From positions 347,537-411,536 of the forward strand of contig CAWIMR010000029.1 in assembly GCA_963837245.1 (NCBI GenBank): a stretch of DNA of 64,000 bases, in the 5' to 3' direction. Positions within the stretch are counted from its first letter, which is position 1, and each line of letters opens with the position of its first letter. This stretch comes from an uncultured Acidobacteriaceae bacterium. GTDB taxonomy: Bacteria; Acidobacteriota; Terriglobia; Terriglobales; Acidobacteriaceae. The notes below the pieces were generated by a model. The model did not search any database, was not told the origin of the DNA, and saw nothing but the letters and a program-made list of their open reading frames with translations. Positions 9,295-19,230 of this stretch are shown here, in pieces. A program made the position numbers and the translations under genes.

Positions 9295-10182
9295 ATGCCC
9301 AGTCGTAATTTTAGTTTTGTACAACTCGATGTTTTCACCACTAAGCCGCTGGAGGGCAATCAGCTCGCAGTGTTCTCTGACGGGCGAGGATTGAGCGACG
9401 AGGAGATGCAGAAGCTTGCGCGCGAAACCAATCTGTCAGAAACCACCTTTATTTTGCCGCGCGAACCATCGGTCGAACGCCTGGAAGGGCGCAAGGTGCG
9501 CATTTTCACGGTGAACGAGGAGCTACCCTTCGCGGGGCATCCAACGCTTGGCACCGCCTGGTTCCTTCGTCAGCACCTGAGCGAGGACGAGATCGTGCTC
9601 GACCTGAAGGTGGGCAAGATCCCGGTACGATTTGAACAGCGCGACGGACTCTGGTTCGGTGAGATGCGTCAGGCTGAGCCGCAGTTCGGGCGCGTACACT
9701 CTCACTCCGAAGTTGCGCAGGCGCTCGGCGTCTCGGTTTCGGAGCTGGATGAGAGACTGCCCATCCAAACAGTCTCGACTGGAATGGCATTCACCATCGT
9801 GCCGTTCCGCTCATTGGCTGCGTTACAAACGCTCAAGGTTGCCTGGCACCAGTTTGCACCGTATCTTTCCACCTCGGGCGCGGGAGGCTTCTTTTACTTC
9901 GTCTGCCCTGAAACGGTGGACCCAAAGGCGACGCTGCATGCCCGCATGATCTTCTACAACGGCGAAGATCCTGCCACGGGTTCGGCAGCAGGATGCTGCG
10001 CGGCTTGGGCCGTGAAGCACGGAGTGCTCGCTCCGGAGCAGCAGGGATTGATCGAACAGGGAGTCGAAACGCGGCGTCCGAGTTGGATCTACATTCGCGC
10101 CGCGAAATCCGGCGACTCTGTCACCAACGTGCGTGTCGGCGGTAACGTGGTGCAGGTGATTGACGGCAAAGTTACGATGTGA
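9295..10182 (+). CDS. PhzF-family isomerase (phenazine-biosynthesis-like protein)
   Basis: FVQLDVFTTKPLEGNQLAVF..ETTFILP..FAGHPTLGTAW PhzF signature. Confidence 0.85.
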   Translation: MPSRNFSFVQLDVFTTKPLEGNQLAVFSDGRGLSDEEMQKLARETNLSETTFILPREPSVERLEGRKVRIFTVNEELPFAGHPTLGTAWFLRQHLSEDEIVLDLKVGKIPVRFEQRDGLWFGEMRQAEPQFGRVHSHSEVAQALGVSVSELDERLPIQTVSTGMAFTIVPFRSLAALQTLKVAWHQFAPYLSTSGAGGFFYFVCPETVDPKATLHARMIFYNGEDPATGSAAGCCAAWAVKHGVLAPEQQGLIEQGVETRRPSWIYIRAAKSGDSVTNVRVGGNVVQVIDGKVTM

Positions 10183-10479
10183 ATTTTCTGCGGATATCTT
10201 GTGCACGCCCCAACACCTTGCCAGACGCTGGTTTTCAGCGATCATGCAAACTCTGGTTCACCTCTGCTGGTGCTATTTCGTGGCAGTAAACCGCCCGAAA
10301 TTTTTCCGCAGATTTGATCATTGCGGTACTTGGCAAACCCACGATGCCGACGTACTATCCGGATACGCTAATCGCTCTGGCGGGAAATAAATCAAACGAC
10401 GCCACTCCGTGACTGCCGACGCGTCTGGCTTAACAGGTTTGCTCAGCCGCGCCCGCACAGTCACGCCCGAGAAGGCCCT

Positions 10480-10896
10480 ATGGGAAGGTCCATGAAGCCC
10501 AAACGCACCATTCTTTGCGTTGATGATGACGAACGCTCTCTCTCCATCCGAAAGGTAATCCTCGAGACGCGGGGGTACCGCGTCCTCACTTGCTCCGACC
10601 CCGAACGTGCCATCGAGTTTGTGAAGTGCGGAGGAATTGATCTCGTGCTCACCGACCTGATAATGCCCAAGATGAGCGGAGCCAAACTGATTGACCGGCT
10701 GAAAACCATTTCTCCATATACGCCGGCGTTGCTATTTTCGGGTTCCGTTACCGTCTGCTCGGAGGAACACCTCGCCGACTGCTGGCTTCCCAAAGGCGAG
10801 TTCGCTCCCATGGAGCTGCTGGAGCGCGTCCGGATACTGCTGGTGCGCAAACGCGGCCCCAAACGCTACGCCGTTTCCCGCCAACTCGCTTCCTAG
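10480..10896 (+). CDS. stand-alone response-regulator receiver domain protein (CheY-like)
   Basis: ILCVDDDE..LVLTDLIMPKMSG receiver motifs; no output domain. Confidence 0.8.
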   Translation: MGRSMKPKRTILCVDDDERSLSIRKVILETRGYRVLTCSDPERAIEFVKCGGIDLVLTDLIMPKMSGAKLIDRLKTISPYTPALLFSGSVTVCSEEHLADCWLPKGEFAPMELLERVRILLVRKRGPKRYAVSRQLAS

Positions 10897-10931
10897 GGGC
10901 TCGATTACGACGGAGGATCCGTTGACATAGG

Positions 10932-11930
10932 CTAGACGATTGAACAGCAGTTTCTACCTTGAGCCTTGGCCGAGTAGAGCTGCTGGTCCACTCGATGGAT
11001 GAGAGTCGTACGGTCGTCCTCCGCAGTGGCTACGACCCCGCCGATGGAAACCGTCACCTTCAGAAAGCCGGTGCTGGTTGGCGTTCCGGTCTCGGCGATC
11101 AGGACTCGTGAACGCTCGACGACTTGCTTTGCGCGTTCGAGACCTGCCTTGGGGAGCAGCAGAACAAATTCATCTCCTCCCCAGCGGCCCAGTAGATCGG
11201 TACTCCGCAAGGAGTTCAGCAGAGTTTGTGCGAGGGTCCGCAACACCCGATCGCCGAATTGGTGCCCAAACTCGTCGTTCGCTGACTTAAAGTGATCGAC
11301 GTCAAGCATGCAGATCGTAAACGGTTCGGCAACCGACTGAAATTCGTGAAGCAACCGATTCAACTGGGTCTCGATAAAATGCCGATTACCGATACCGGTA
11401 ACCGGGTCCACAAAGGCCACCTGCTCCAACTCGCTAATGCGGGCCTTCCAATGTTCCGGCTCGCCGAGTTCACGAAAAGCCTCCACCGCGCCGACGACTT
11501 CCCCACTGGCGTCACGGATAGCGGAAGTGCGAACCAGCACGGGGACCCGATACCCCAGCTTGTGCCGCAAGTACAGCGTGGCCTGCCGCGACTTCGCATC
11601 CTCCAAAGTTTTTTGTAAAGGGCAGTCCGCTTTACACAGCTCTACTCCTCTTTCGTCAACATGGAGGAGGATGTTGTCGGCGCAGAAACTATGCAGTAGC
11701 TCTTCCGAAGTAAAACCGGTCAACGAGGCCGCGCCGGAATTCCACTTTTGAATCCTGCGCTCTCGATCAACGAAGTAAACTCCTTCGAACATCGCGTCGA
11801 GCACGTTATCGATGTTCGCGGCATCTTCAGCGATTAGCTTCGCCGGACTCTTGCGAACCGGAAATTTCACGATTTGCCCATTTTCTCGTGCCACTTTAGG
11901 GTGACACTTCAAATTGTACATTTCCTCCAA
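10932..11930 (-). CDS. PAS-domain diguanylate cyclase (GGDEF)
   Basis: N-terminal PAS-like region plus GIGNRHF...DVDHFKSANDEFGHQFGD..RWGGDEFVLLLP (GGDEF active site). Confidence 0.85.
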   Translation of the reverse strand: MEEMYNLKCHPKVARENGQIVKFPVRKSPAKLIAEDAANIDNVLDAMFEGVYFVDRERRIQKWNSGAASLTGFTSEELLHSFCADNILLHVDERGVELCKADCPLQKTLEDAKSRQATLYLRHKLGYRVPVLVRTSAIRDASGEVVGAVEAFRELGEPEHWKARISELEQVAFVDPVTGIGNRHFIETQLNRLLHEFQSVAEPFTICMLDVDHFKSANDEFGHQFGDRVLRTLAQTLLNSLRSTDLLGRWGGDEFVLLLPKAGLERAKQVVERSRVLIAETGTPTSTGFLKVTVSIGGVVATAEDDRTTLIHRVDQQLYSAKAQGRNCCSIV

Positions 11931-12063
11931 GCGTCTGGAGAAAATGACGATTACTTTTGGGGCTTTGGGAGAGGAACTAGAATTGACACTGCTAGTAGAA
12001 ATGCCACTCTACAATGAGTGGCATCTCAGTAACGCGGATTGCCTCCGCGTGATCGCAACGACC

Positions 12064-12294
12064 TCAGGAAGATTTCGCTTTCTTCTTGCGCTCAGCCCAG
12101 CGCTGTTTCATCATTTCAGAGATGCGCTTGCGCGAGGCCGCGCTCATGTGCCGGCGAGGCCGCTTAGCCGCAGAATGACTGCCAACCGGTCTTCCGCGAC
12201 GGCGCCCCGACCCTAGCCCTTCCAGGGCAGAAATAGCTCGGTCGATACGCTCTCGTTCTTTCTTAAGGTCGCTTAGTATGTTTTGGACGTCCAT
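12064..12294 (-). CDS. hypothetical small highly basic protein (76 aa)
   Basis: ORF with coiled N-terminal segment and Arg/Lys-rich tail; no family recognised. Confidence 0.35.
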   Translation of the reverse strand: MDVQNILSDLKKERERIDRAISALEGLGSGRRRGRPVGSHSAAKRPRRHMSAASRKRISEMMKQRWAERKKKAKSS

Positions 12295-12582
12295 GCTTCT
12301 CCTTTCGAGGTTACAAACCAGCGGGTAGTGTAACAGTAAGTTAAGAGTGATGCTAAATCTATAATTACAGGTTGGACAGGCCGGAACGGGTGGTAGTCAC
12401 GAAGCGGCAGGCGACAATAGCACCTAAGTAAGGACAGAGGTAGCCAAAAAAGGTGCAATTTTGAAGGCTTACGTTGTCTCCGAAGTAGAATTGATCTCGA
12501 TGAGGCTAGGCTGACTCACTCGATGACAGGGACAAGCTACTGCGAATTGGGGGAACTCTTGTTGCCAGAAAAGACTTACCAC

Positions 12583-13992
12583 ATGAGTCCGGAGCAGTTC
12601 CGGAACTATGGTTACTCCGTGGTTGACTGGATCGCCAATTACTATGAACGTATCGAGACCTTTCCTGTCCTCTCACAGGTGAAGCCTGGAACAATTCGAA
12701 AAACACTTCCTTCAGAGGCCCCCCAAACCGGCGAAGCTTTCGAGACCGTGGTACAGGACATAGATACGATCATCCTGCCGGGGATAACCCATTGGCAATC
12801 TCCAAATTTCTTTGCCTATTTTCCGGCCAACGCGTCCGGCCCTGCGATTCTCGGCGACCTGCTCTCATCCGCGTTGGGTGTGCAAGGCATGTTGTGGGCT
12901 ACGAGCCCGGCCGCTACGGAACTTGAGACGCATGTGTTGGACTGGCTGGTGCCCATGCTGGGCCTGCCGCCGACGTTTCTGTCCACAAGCTCCGGAGGAG
13001 GTGTGATTCAGGATACGGCGTCCAGTTCATCCCTATGCGCAATGCTGGCGGCGCGCGAGCGGGCCACAAACTATGTCAGCAACCGGCGTGGCTGTGATGG
13101 ACGCCTGGTCGCCTACACCTCGAACCAGGCACATTCCTCGCTCGAAAAGGCGGCGATGGTTGCGGGAATCGGTATGGACAACCTTCGGCTGATTGAAGTT
13201 GACGAACATTTCGCCATGCGCAGCGACGCCCTGAGAAGCCAGATTCGGCAGGACCGCCAGGCTGGTCTGCTTCCCTTCTTCGTTTCTGCCACCGTCGGGA
13301 CTACTTCCTCTAACGGACTGGATCCTCTGCCTGACATCGGGGCGACATGCCGTGAAGAGGGCCTATGGTTTCATGTGGACGCGGCCATGTCAGGCACGGC
13401 AGCTCTGTGTCCTGAATTCCGGCATATTCAGGATGGAGTTGAGCTTGCCGACAGCTATACCTTCAATCCTCATAAGTGGATGTTCACGAATTTCGATTGC
13501 AACTGCTTCTATGTTGCCGACCGCAAGGCGCTGATTGATACATTAAGCATCCTGCCGGAATACTTGCGCAACACCGCCACCGATTCCGGCACAGTTTTCG
13601 ATTACCGCGACTGGCATATCCCTCTGGGCAGGCGCTTTCGTTCGCTCAAGCTATGGTTTGTCATTCGCCATTATGGCGTCGAGGGACTTCAATACCATGT
13701 CCGCAAGCACGTCGAGATGGCACAGCAGTTTGCCGAATGGGTAAGACAGGACGCTCGCTTCGAGCTGGCCGCGCCGACACCGCTCAACCTGGTATGCTTC
13801 CGCCATCGCGGCGGAGACGAACACAATCAGCGCTTGATGGATTGCCTCAACCAGAGCGGTGATTTGTATTTGACGCACACCCGCCTCAACGACCGTCTTA
13901 CTTTGCGCGTCTGCGTCGGCCAGACCAATACCACCCAGCGTCACGTGGCGCGGGCGTGGCAACGGATTCAGGAGGAAGCGGACAAACTTTAG
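12583..13992 (+). CDS. pyridoxal-dependent aromatic L-amino-acid (tyrosine/DOPA-type) decarboxylase, group II
   Basis: GITHWQSPNFFAYFPAN...NPHKWMFTNFDCNCFYV (PLP-lysine region) matches the AADC family; start chosen at MSPEQF by N-terminal alignment. Confidence 0.85.
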   Translation: MSPEQFRNYGYSVVDWIANYYERIETFPVLSQVKPGTIRKTLPSEAPQTGEAFETVVQDIDTIILPGITHWQSPNFFAYFPANASGPAILGDLLSSALGVQGMLWATSPAATELETHVLDWLVPMLGLPPTFLSTSSGGGVIQDTASSSSLCAMLAARERATNYVSNRRGCDGRLVAYTSNQAHSSLEKAAMVAGIGMDNLRLIEVDEHFAMRSDALRSQIRQDRQAGLLPFFVSATVGTTSSNGLDPLPDIGATCREEGLWFHVDAAMSGTAALCPEFRHIQDGVELADSYTFNPHKWMFTNFDCNCFYVADRKALIDTLSILPEYLRNTATDSGTVFDYRDWHIPLGRRFRSLKLWFVIRHYGVEGLQYHVRKHVEMAQQFAEWVRQDARFELAAPTPLNLVCFRHRGGDEHNQRLMDCLNQSGDLYLTHTRLNDRLTLRVCVGQTNTTQRHVARAWQRIQEEADKL

Positions 13993-14966
13993 TCCGATCC
14001 CGGGTTGTTCAGGAGGCTGAGTACTTCCGGGGATGTATTTCCGCCACACGAAATGATGACCGCTGTCCTGGCCTGCTGTTGTGGTACGTCCTTGAAGAAT
14101 GCGGCGATGGCCACGCCCGCCGCGCCCTCGACGTTCCAACCACGCCGAAGGGCCCAGCGCATCGCCGCCAGAATTTCCGGCTCCGAGACCAGCACACTAC
14201 GATCAATGACGCGTTGACATAACTCAAACGTAATCGAGCCAGGTTCAACTCCGCCAGCCGTACTCTCCGACAATGTGGGCTGTTCGGGAAAGTCGATCAC
14301 GCGGCCTGCGCGCAAGCACTCGTACATCACACGAGAGTTGTGCGGCCAGCAACCGACAATCTCGGTTTGTGCTGAAACCGACTTGATGTAGGCGCCGACG
14401 CCACCGATAAGGCCGCCGCCTCCCACAGCAACGTACAGGACATCGATGGAATCGATCTGCTCTACAACTTCGATACCAATTGTCCCTTGTCCAGCTATCA
14501 CATCGCGATCGTTGTAAGGGGAGACGTAGGTTTTTCCGGAAGCGACTGCTACGTCGCGGGCAGCGAGTTCCGCTTCGAGAGGAGTCTTTCCGGCGGAGCG
14601 AACGATAGCGCCACAACCTTCAATGAGTTGCAATTTCTTCGGCGACACTTGCGTGCAGACGAAAACCTCAGCGTCGATTCCGCGGTAGCGGGCAGCCGTG
14701 GCAACCCCCAGAGCGTGATTGCCGGTTGACGACGTAATCACCCCCTCGCTCGCTTCTTCGGGCAAGAGCCCCAAGATTTTGTTGGCTGCTCCCCGCAGCT
14801 TGAACGAGCCGGTCTTCTGAAGATGTTCCAGCTTGAGAAACGCGCATGCTGAACCGAGACGCGGGTCGTCTTCAATCAGGACGACCGGCGTGGGTTGTGC
14901 GAGCTCATAGATTCGGTTGCTGGCGTCGAGGATCCTAGTGCGCCACTCTGAGAGCTCAGCGGTCAT
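13989..14966 (-). CDS. threonine/serine dehydratase-like PLP enzyme (fold-type II)
   Basis: KLEHLQKTGSFKLRGAANK PLP-binding lysine motif; 325 aa. Confidence 0.8.
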   Translation of the reverse strand: MTAELSEWRTRILDASNRIYELAQPTPVVLIEDDPRLGSACAFLKLEHLQKTGSFKLRGAANKILGLLPEEASEGVITSSTGNHALGVATAARYRGIDAEVFVCTQVSPKKLQLIEGCGAIVRSAGKTPLEAELAARDVAVASGKTYVSPYNDRDVIAGQGTIGIEVVEQIDSIDVLYVAVGGGGLIGGVGAYIKSVSAQTEIVGCWPHNSRVMYECLRAGRVIDFPEQPTLSESTAGGVEPGSITFELCQRVIDRSVLVSEPEILAAMRWALRRGWNVEGAAGVAIAAFFKDVPQQQARTAVIISCGGNTSPEVLSLLNNPGSD

Positions 14967-15226
14967 CGTTCCTGCTCTTCCACCACCAGGACCGCGTGTT
15001 TCGGCAGGTAACCCTTGCGTCTGAACCAGTCCTCCATCGAGCTACGCAGACGCTCAACAGGCACACGCGCGCCAACCTCCATCCGGCCGTCGCCCATGGG
15101 GATGGTGTCATCGAAGACCTGGTCGTTGGTGAAATTGCGCATGCTGAAGCTATCCAGCCACTTCAACGGGCAGGGCAGTCGCAGCCCGGCATCCTCATAT
15201 TCCACCTTTATCTTGCGCGCGAACAT
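14963..15226 (-). CDS. hypothetical 87-aa protein, translationally coupled (ATGA overlap) to the downstream dehydratase-like gene
   Basis: ORF whose stop overlaps the start of the next gene; no family recognised. Confidence 0.4.
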   Translation of the reverse strand: MFARKIKVEYEDAGLRLPCPLKWLDSFSMRNFTNDQVFDDTIPMGDGRMEVGARVPVERLRSSMEDWFRRKGYLPKHAVLVVEEQER

Positions 15227-15331
15227 ACTTAGATTGTGACACGGGATCCGTGATTTGCCGCAATCAGACCGCGATCGATAGCTGGTTGCAAATCGTCAAA
15301 TCCAGGCGGCCGGCCAGCGGGTATTGAATCG

Positions 15332-16477
15332 GTGCTGGGCGCTCGTCCCTTGGAGTTTGTTACCCTGTTAGTTCCCATGAGATTGCGCCTCTGGCTGATA
15401 GGGAGTTTAGTGGCCGCTGCTGGATTCTCCGGGTGCGGCACTCCCGGGGCCCCGCAACTACCGTCGCTGCAACTGGCGCGTCCGGTCGAGGACTTGACGG
15501 CAACCCGGGTGGGCAATCGCGTGGAGTTGGATTGGACCCTCTCCCGGAAGAACACCGACCGCACGTTGGTCAAACACATCCATGAGACGCGCATTTGCCG
15601 CCGCGAGGGGGTTACGCTGATGAGCACGTGCACGGTTGTGGCTGAAGTTCCCACTCCTAAGGCTCAACCGCAGCCGAAGCAAAAGGGACAGCAACAGCCA
15701 GAAGCTGTTCGTCTCCAATATGTGGACATTCTGCCGCCGCAATTGGGGCTGGAGCATCCCGCAGGTTTCGTCACTTACGCGGTGGAGGAAATGAACTCCA
15801 AAGGACGAAGTGCCGGGCTCTCCAACCAGGTGCCTGTCGCGGTAGCGCCGACCATTCCGGCTCCGGAAGAAATATCGGCCCAGGTCAACGGCGAAGGTGT
15901 AACGATATCCTGGTCCGGTCCTGGTCCTCCCGCGGCGCCCAGGGAGCTGACCTACCGGTATCAAATCGAACGCAGGCCGGTTGGCAGTCCTGCCTATATC
16001 GTGGTGGGTGACGTAGCGCCCTCGGGGCAAGGCTCGTATCTGGACAAGACCTTCGCGTGGGAAACCAAGTATGAGTATCGCGTTGCCACGTTGACCGAAG
16101 TCCAGTCACAGGGGTTGAACGCGTCTGTTCCCGGCGACGGCTCGAAGCCCGTTGAGGTGTTCACGCGAGACATCTATCCTCCGGCCCAGCCGGTTGGGTT
16201 GCAAGCGGTCTTTTCGAGCATAGGACAAAAGCCGTTTGTTGACCTCACCTGGGCCCCAAGCGTTGAGAACGATCTGGCGGGCTACAATGTGTTCCGCCGT
16301 GTCGAGCGTGGAACCGCGGAGAGACTCAACCAGCAATTGGTCCAGGTTCCGTCGTTTCGCGACGAGAATGTTCAACCCGGCAAGAAGTACATGTACTCCA
16401 TTATCGCGATAGACTTGCGCGGCAACGAAAGCCCGCGTTCCGCCGAAGCAACCGAAACCGTCCCCGACAAGTGGTAG
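15332..16477 (+). CDS. lipoprotein with fibronectin-III-like repeats (hypothetical)
   Basis: Signal peptide and lipobox (LVAAAGFSG-C); beta-rich repeats; alternative start at 15377. Confidence 0.5.
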   Translation: MLGARPLEFVTLLVPMRLRLWLIGSLVAAAGFSGCGTPGAPQLPSLQLARPVEDLTATRVGNRVELDWTLSRKNTDRTLVKHIHETRICRREGVTLMSTCTVVAEVPTPKAQPQPKQKGQQQPEAVRLQYVDILPPQLGLEHPAGFVTYAVEEMNSKGRSAGLSNQVPVAVAPTIPAPEEISAQVNGEGVTISWSGPGPPAAPRELTYRYQIERRPVGSPAYIVVGDVAPSGQGSYLDKTFAWETKYEYRVATLTEVQSQGLNASVPGDGSKPVEVFTRDIYPPAQPVGLQAVFSSIGQKPFVDLTWAPSVENDLAGYNVFRRVERGTAERLNQQLVQVPSFRDENVQPGKKYMYSIIAIDLRGNESPRSAEATETVPDKW

Positions 16478-16500
16478 GTTCTTTAGCAAGGATTCTCCCT

Positions 16501-17295
16501 ATGTCATATTGCCGATATCAACATCAGAATATCGCCGGTTATGGGCTCATCGAGTCCGTCCGCGGTGAGGCAACCATTACCCGGACCCTGGCGAATGCCC
16601 CGAATTCTTTTGCCGATTTCGAAAGCGGGAACAAAGCTGACATTGCCTTGAGCGATGTTCGTCTGCTGGCTCCTTCGCAACCTTCGAAGATTGTTTGCAT
16701 AGGCCGCAACTACCGCGAACACGCGAAGGAATTGAACCATCCCATCCCCACCGAACCACTCTTCTTCTTGAAGCCACCATCTTCGGTGATCGGCATGGGC
16801 GACCAGATTCGGCGCCCTAATGTGCTATCGCAGCGTGTGGACCACGAGGGCGAACTCGGGGTGGTAATTGGCAAGCGGTGCTATCGCCTGCGGGAACGCG
16901 ACGAAGTGCGCCCGTACATTCTGGGTTACACATGTATCAATGACGTCACGGCCCGGGACTTGCAGGAAAAGGACGGGCAGTGGACGCGAGCGAAAGGCTT
17001 CGACACCTTCTGCCCAGTGGGACCAGTTGTCGCCGAGCAGCTCGATCCTTGGAAGGGGGTGAAAGTCCAAACCCGCCTCAACGGCCATCTGCGGCAAGAC
17101 GGTACCACCGCTGATTTCCTTTTCCCCCTCGATGTCCTTATCCGATTCATCTCACAGGTGATGACGCTGGAGTCTGGGGACTTGATCGCGACCGGAACGC
17201 CAGCCGGGGTGGGGCCGCTGCAGCCAGGCGACACGGTAGAGGTGACTGTGGAGGGAGTCGGGACGCTCACAAATTCTGTAGTGAACATTGACTGA
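16501..17295 (+). CDS. fumarylacetoacetate hydrolase (FAH) family protein
   Basis: KIVCIGRNYREHAKE..LFFLKPPSS..EGELGVVIG..GFDTFCPVGP..GDLIATGTPAGVG FAH-fold motifs. Confidence 0.85.
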   Translation: MSYCRYQHQNIAGYGLIESVRGEATITRTLANAPNSFADFESGNKADIALSDVRLLAPSQPSKIVCIGRNYREHAKELNHPIPTEPLFFLKPPSSVIGMGDQIRRPNVLSQRVDHEGELGVVIGKRCYRLRERDEVRPYILGYTCINDVTARDLQEKDGQWTRAKGFDTFCPVGPVVAEQLDPWKGVKVQTRLNGHLRQDGTTADFLFPLDVLIRFISQVMTLESGDLIATGTPAGVGPLQPGDTVEVTVEGVGTLTNSVVNID

Positions 17296-17331
17296 CTTGC
17301 ATCTAAAGCCAGCACAACTGTTGGTTTCCAC

Positions 17332-17754
17332 ATGAATTCAGTTCGCCTGTATCCCATTCTCGCCTTCGGCGCCGTCGCAGCCATCATTGGTTATGCTCTA
17401 CTCTCGCGCAAGAACAAGAAACCAGAAGAGCAACTTGAGCGCGAACGGCGATCGCAACTCACGCTGGGCGGCCGCATCATCGACGGTAACGTGATGGACG
17501 TACTGGAACTGGAGGACGATGAATCCGGCCGGCAGATGATCCTGCTGATCTATACTTACGACGTTGCCGGGGTCACCTACGAAGCCTCTCAGGACGTCAC
17601 GCACTTGCGTCAATTCATCGACCTTTATTCCTGCCGTTTGGGCTTACCGGCTTCGGTAAAATACGACCCGCATAACCCGGGAGACTCCATCGTGATTTCG
17701 GAAACCTGGTCTGGACTTCGCAAGTCGCCCATTAGAGTGGCAGCCCAGAAATGA
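17332..17754 (+). CDS. hypothetical membrane-anchored protein (DUF3592-like)
   Basis: Single N-terminal TM helix plus ~110-aa soluble domain. Confidence 0.45.
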   Translation: MNSVRLYPILAFGAVAAIIGYALLSRKNKKPEEQLERERRSQLTLGGRIIDGNVMDVLELEDDESGRQMILLIYTYDVAGVTYEASQDVTHLRQFIDLYSCRLGLPASVKYDPHNPGDSIVISETWSGLRKSPIRVAAQK

Positions 17755-17880
17755 CGCCGCTTCCCGCTCCTTGGTCTAGCCTTTCATTGCTGGTCGCGGC
17801 ACTAAACGGGACAAATGTGTCTAAATGTTGACATTCGTCACCACCACTACTTTTTAGGAACATTGTTACAATAGACTTCG

Positions 17881-18603
17881 ATGCATAGTTTGCCGTTGCC
17901 AATTGCCGCCTTCGTGGCGGGGCTTCTCTCATTCTTATCGCCTTGCGTGCTTCCGCTCGTGCCGGGCTACGTGTCTTTGATCTCCGGAACGAGCGTTGAG
18001 GACCTGCAGTCGCCGGAACATCGCATGTTGCGCACGGTAATGCTGCATTCGCTCACGTTTGTGCTAGGGTTCAGCGTCGTTTTCATTGCGCTCGGGGCTG
18101 CCGCGACCAGCATTGGCCAATTTGCTGCGGAGTATCACCGTTGGTTGTCGCGCATCGCGGGTATCGTCGTCATTATTTTTGGTCTGCATTTGACCGGCAT
18201 CTGGAAGATCAACGCACTTTATGCCGACAAGCGCCTCCACGACGTCAAGGGAGGCGCAAGTGCACTGGGATCATTCGCAGTAGGTTTTGCCTTCGCTTTT
18301 GGATGGACACCCTGCATTGGTCCGATACTTGCCACCATCCTGGTTTTTGCTGGAGCGCAGGAAACGGTGTTCAAGGGAATCGTACTTTTGGCGATCTATT
18401 CTCTTGGGCTGGCCGTACCTTTTCTGCTCACGTCGTTAGGGGTGGATCGCTTCCTGGCGTTCTACGGCCGGTTTCGCCGCCATCTGCAAACTGTTGAAGT
18501 GGTGAGTGGTGTGCTGTTGATCGCCATAGGCGTGCTGATATTTCTTAATAACCTGAAACTACTCTCAGGCTATCTGTCATTTCTGAACCGGTTCGCGCTT
18601 TAG
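17881..18603 (+). CDS. ccdA: cytochrome c-type biogenesis / thiol-disulfide electron transporter CcdA (DsbD beta-domain)
   Basis: LSFLSPCVLPLVPGY and second Cys in GWTPCIGPIL; 6 TM helices. Confidence 0.85.
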   Translation: MHSLPLPIAAFVAGLLSFLSPCVLPLVPGYVSLISGTSVEDLQSPEHRMLRTVMLHSLTFVLGFSVVFIALGAAATSIGQFAAEYHRWLSRIAGIVVIIFGLHLTGIWKINALYADKRLHDVKGGASALGSFAVGFAFAFGWTPCIGPILATILVFAGAQETVFKGIVLLAIYSLGLAVPFLLTSLGVDRFLAFYGRFRRHLQTVEVVSGVLLIAIGVLIFLNNLKLLSGYLSFLNRFAL

Positions 18604-18612
18604 AGGGACCTC

Positions 18613-19230
18613 TTGCTGAAACGTAACGCTGTTGTTTTCGTAATGCTTGTGGTGGTCGTCATGGGAATGCTGGCCGCCGGCAGATACCTTGATCGCAACC
18701 GAAAACACGGCCCGATCAGGTTGGCCGGGGACGTGCATAATATGCCGGCGCCTGACTTCGAATTGCCCACGCTGGATGGCCGGAGGGTCAAGCTTTCGGA
18801 TTTTCGTGGCCAGGCCGTGCTGTTGAACTTCTGGGCGACTTGGTGTCCGCCTTGCAAGATCGAGATGCCGTGGTTTGTGGATATCCAAAAGGAGTATGGC
18901 AAGGACGGATTGGTAGTTTTGGGCGTTGCCATGGATGATACGGAGTCTGCAAAGATCGCCGCCTTCGCCAGTGAGATGGGCGTTAACTATCAGGTGCTCC
19001 TAGGCACGGACCAGGTCTCGGACGATTATGGCGACGTGCGCTCGCTGCCGACTACGTTCTACATCGATCGCAACGGAAACATCGTAAGCAAGGCGGTTGG
19101 CCTGCTGGGCCGCCAGGAGATCGAGAACGACGTCAAGAAGGCGTTGAGCGCGACCTACAAACCCGCGTCACCGAACAGCCGCGCGGAAGTGAAAGTGCAA
19201 TCAGCTTTGACGAGGAAACCGTCCCGGTGA
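18613..19230 (+). CDS. TlpA/ResA-like periplasmic thioredoxin (thiol:disulfide oxidoreductase)
   Basis: Signal anchor plus FWATWCPPCK thioredoxin active site. Confidence 0.85.
   Translation: MLKRNAVVFVMLVVVVMGMLAAGRYLDRNRKHGPIRLAGDVHNMPAPDFELPTLDGRRVKLSDFRGQAVLLNFWATWCPPCKIEMPWFVDIQKEYGKDGLVVLGVAMDDTESAKIAAFASEMGVNYQVLLGTDQVSDDYGDVRSLPTTFYIDRNGNIVSKAVGLLGRQEIENDVKKALSATYKPASPNSRAEVKVQSALTRKPSR

Noticed and set aside
17828-17872. Sigma70 promoter for ccdA (perfect TTGACA at 17828 and TACAAT at 17867)
   Set aside because: The two hexamers are 33 nt apart, incompatible with a single promoter. No properly spaced partner was found for either.
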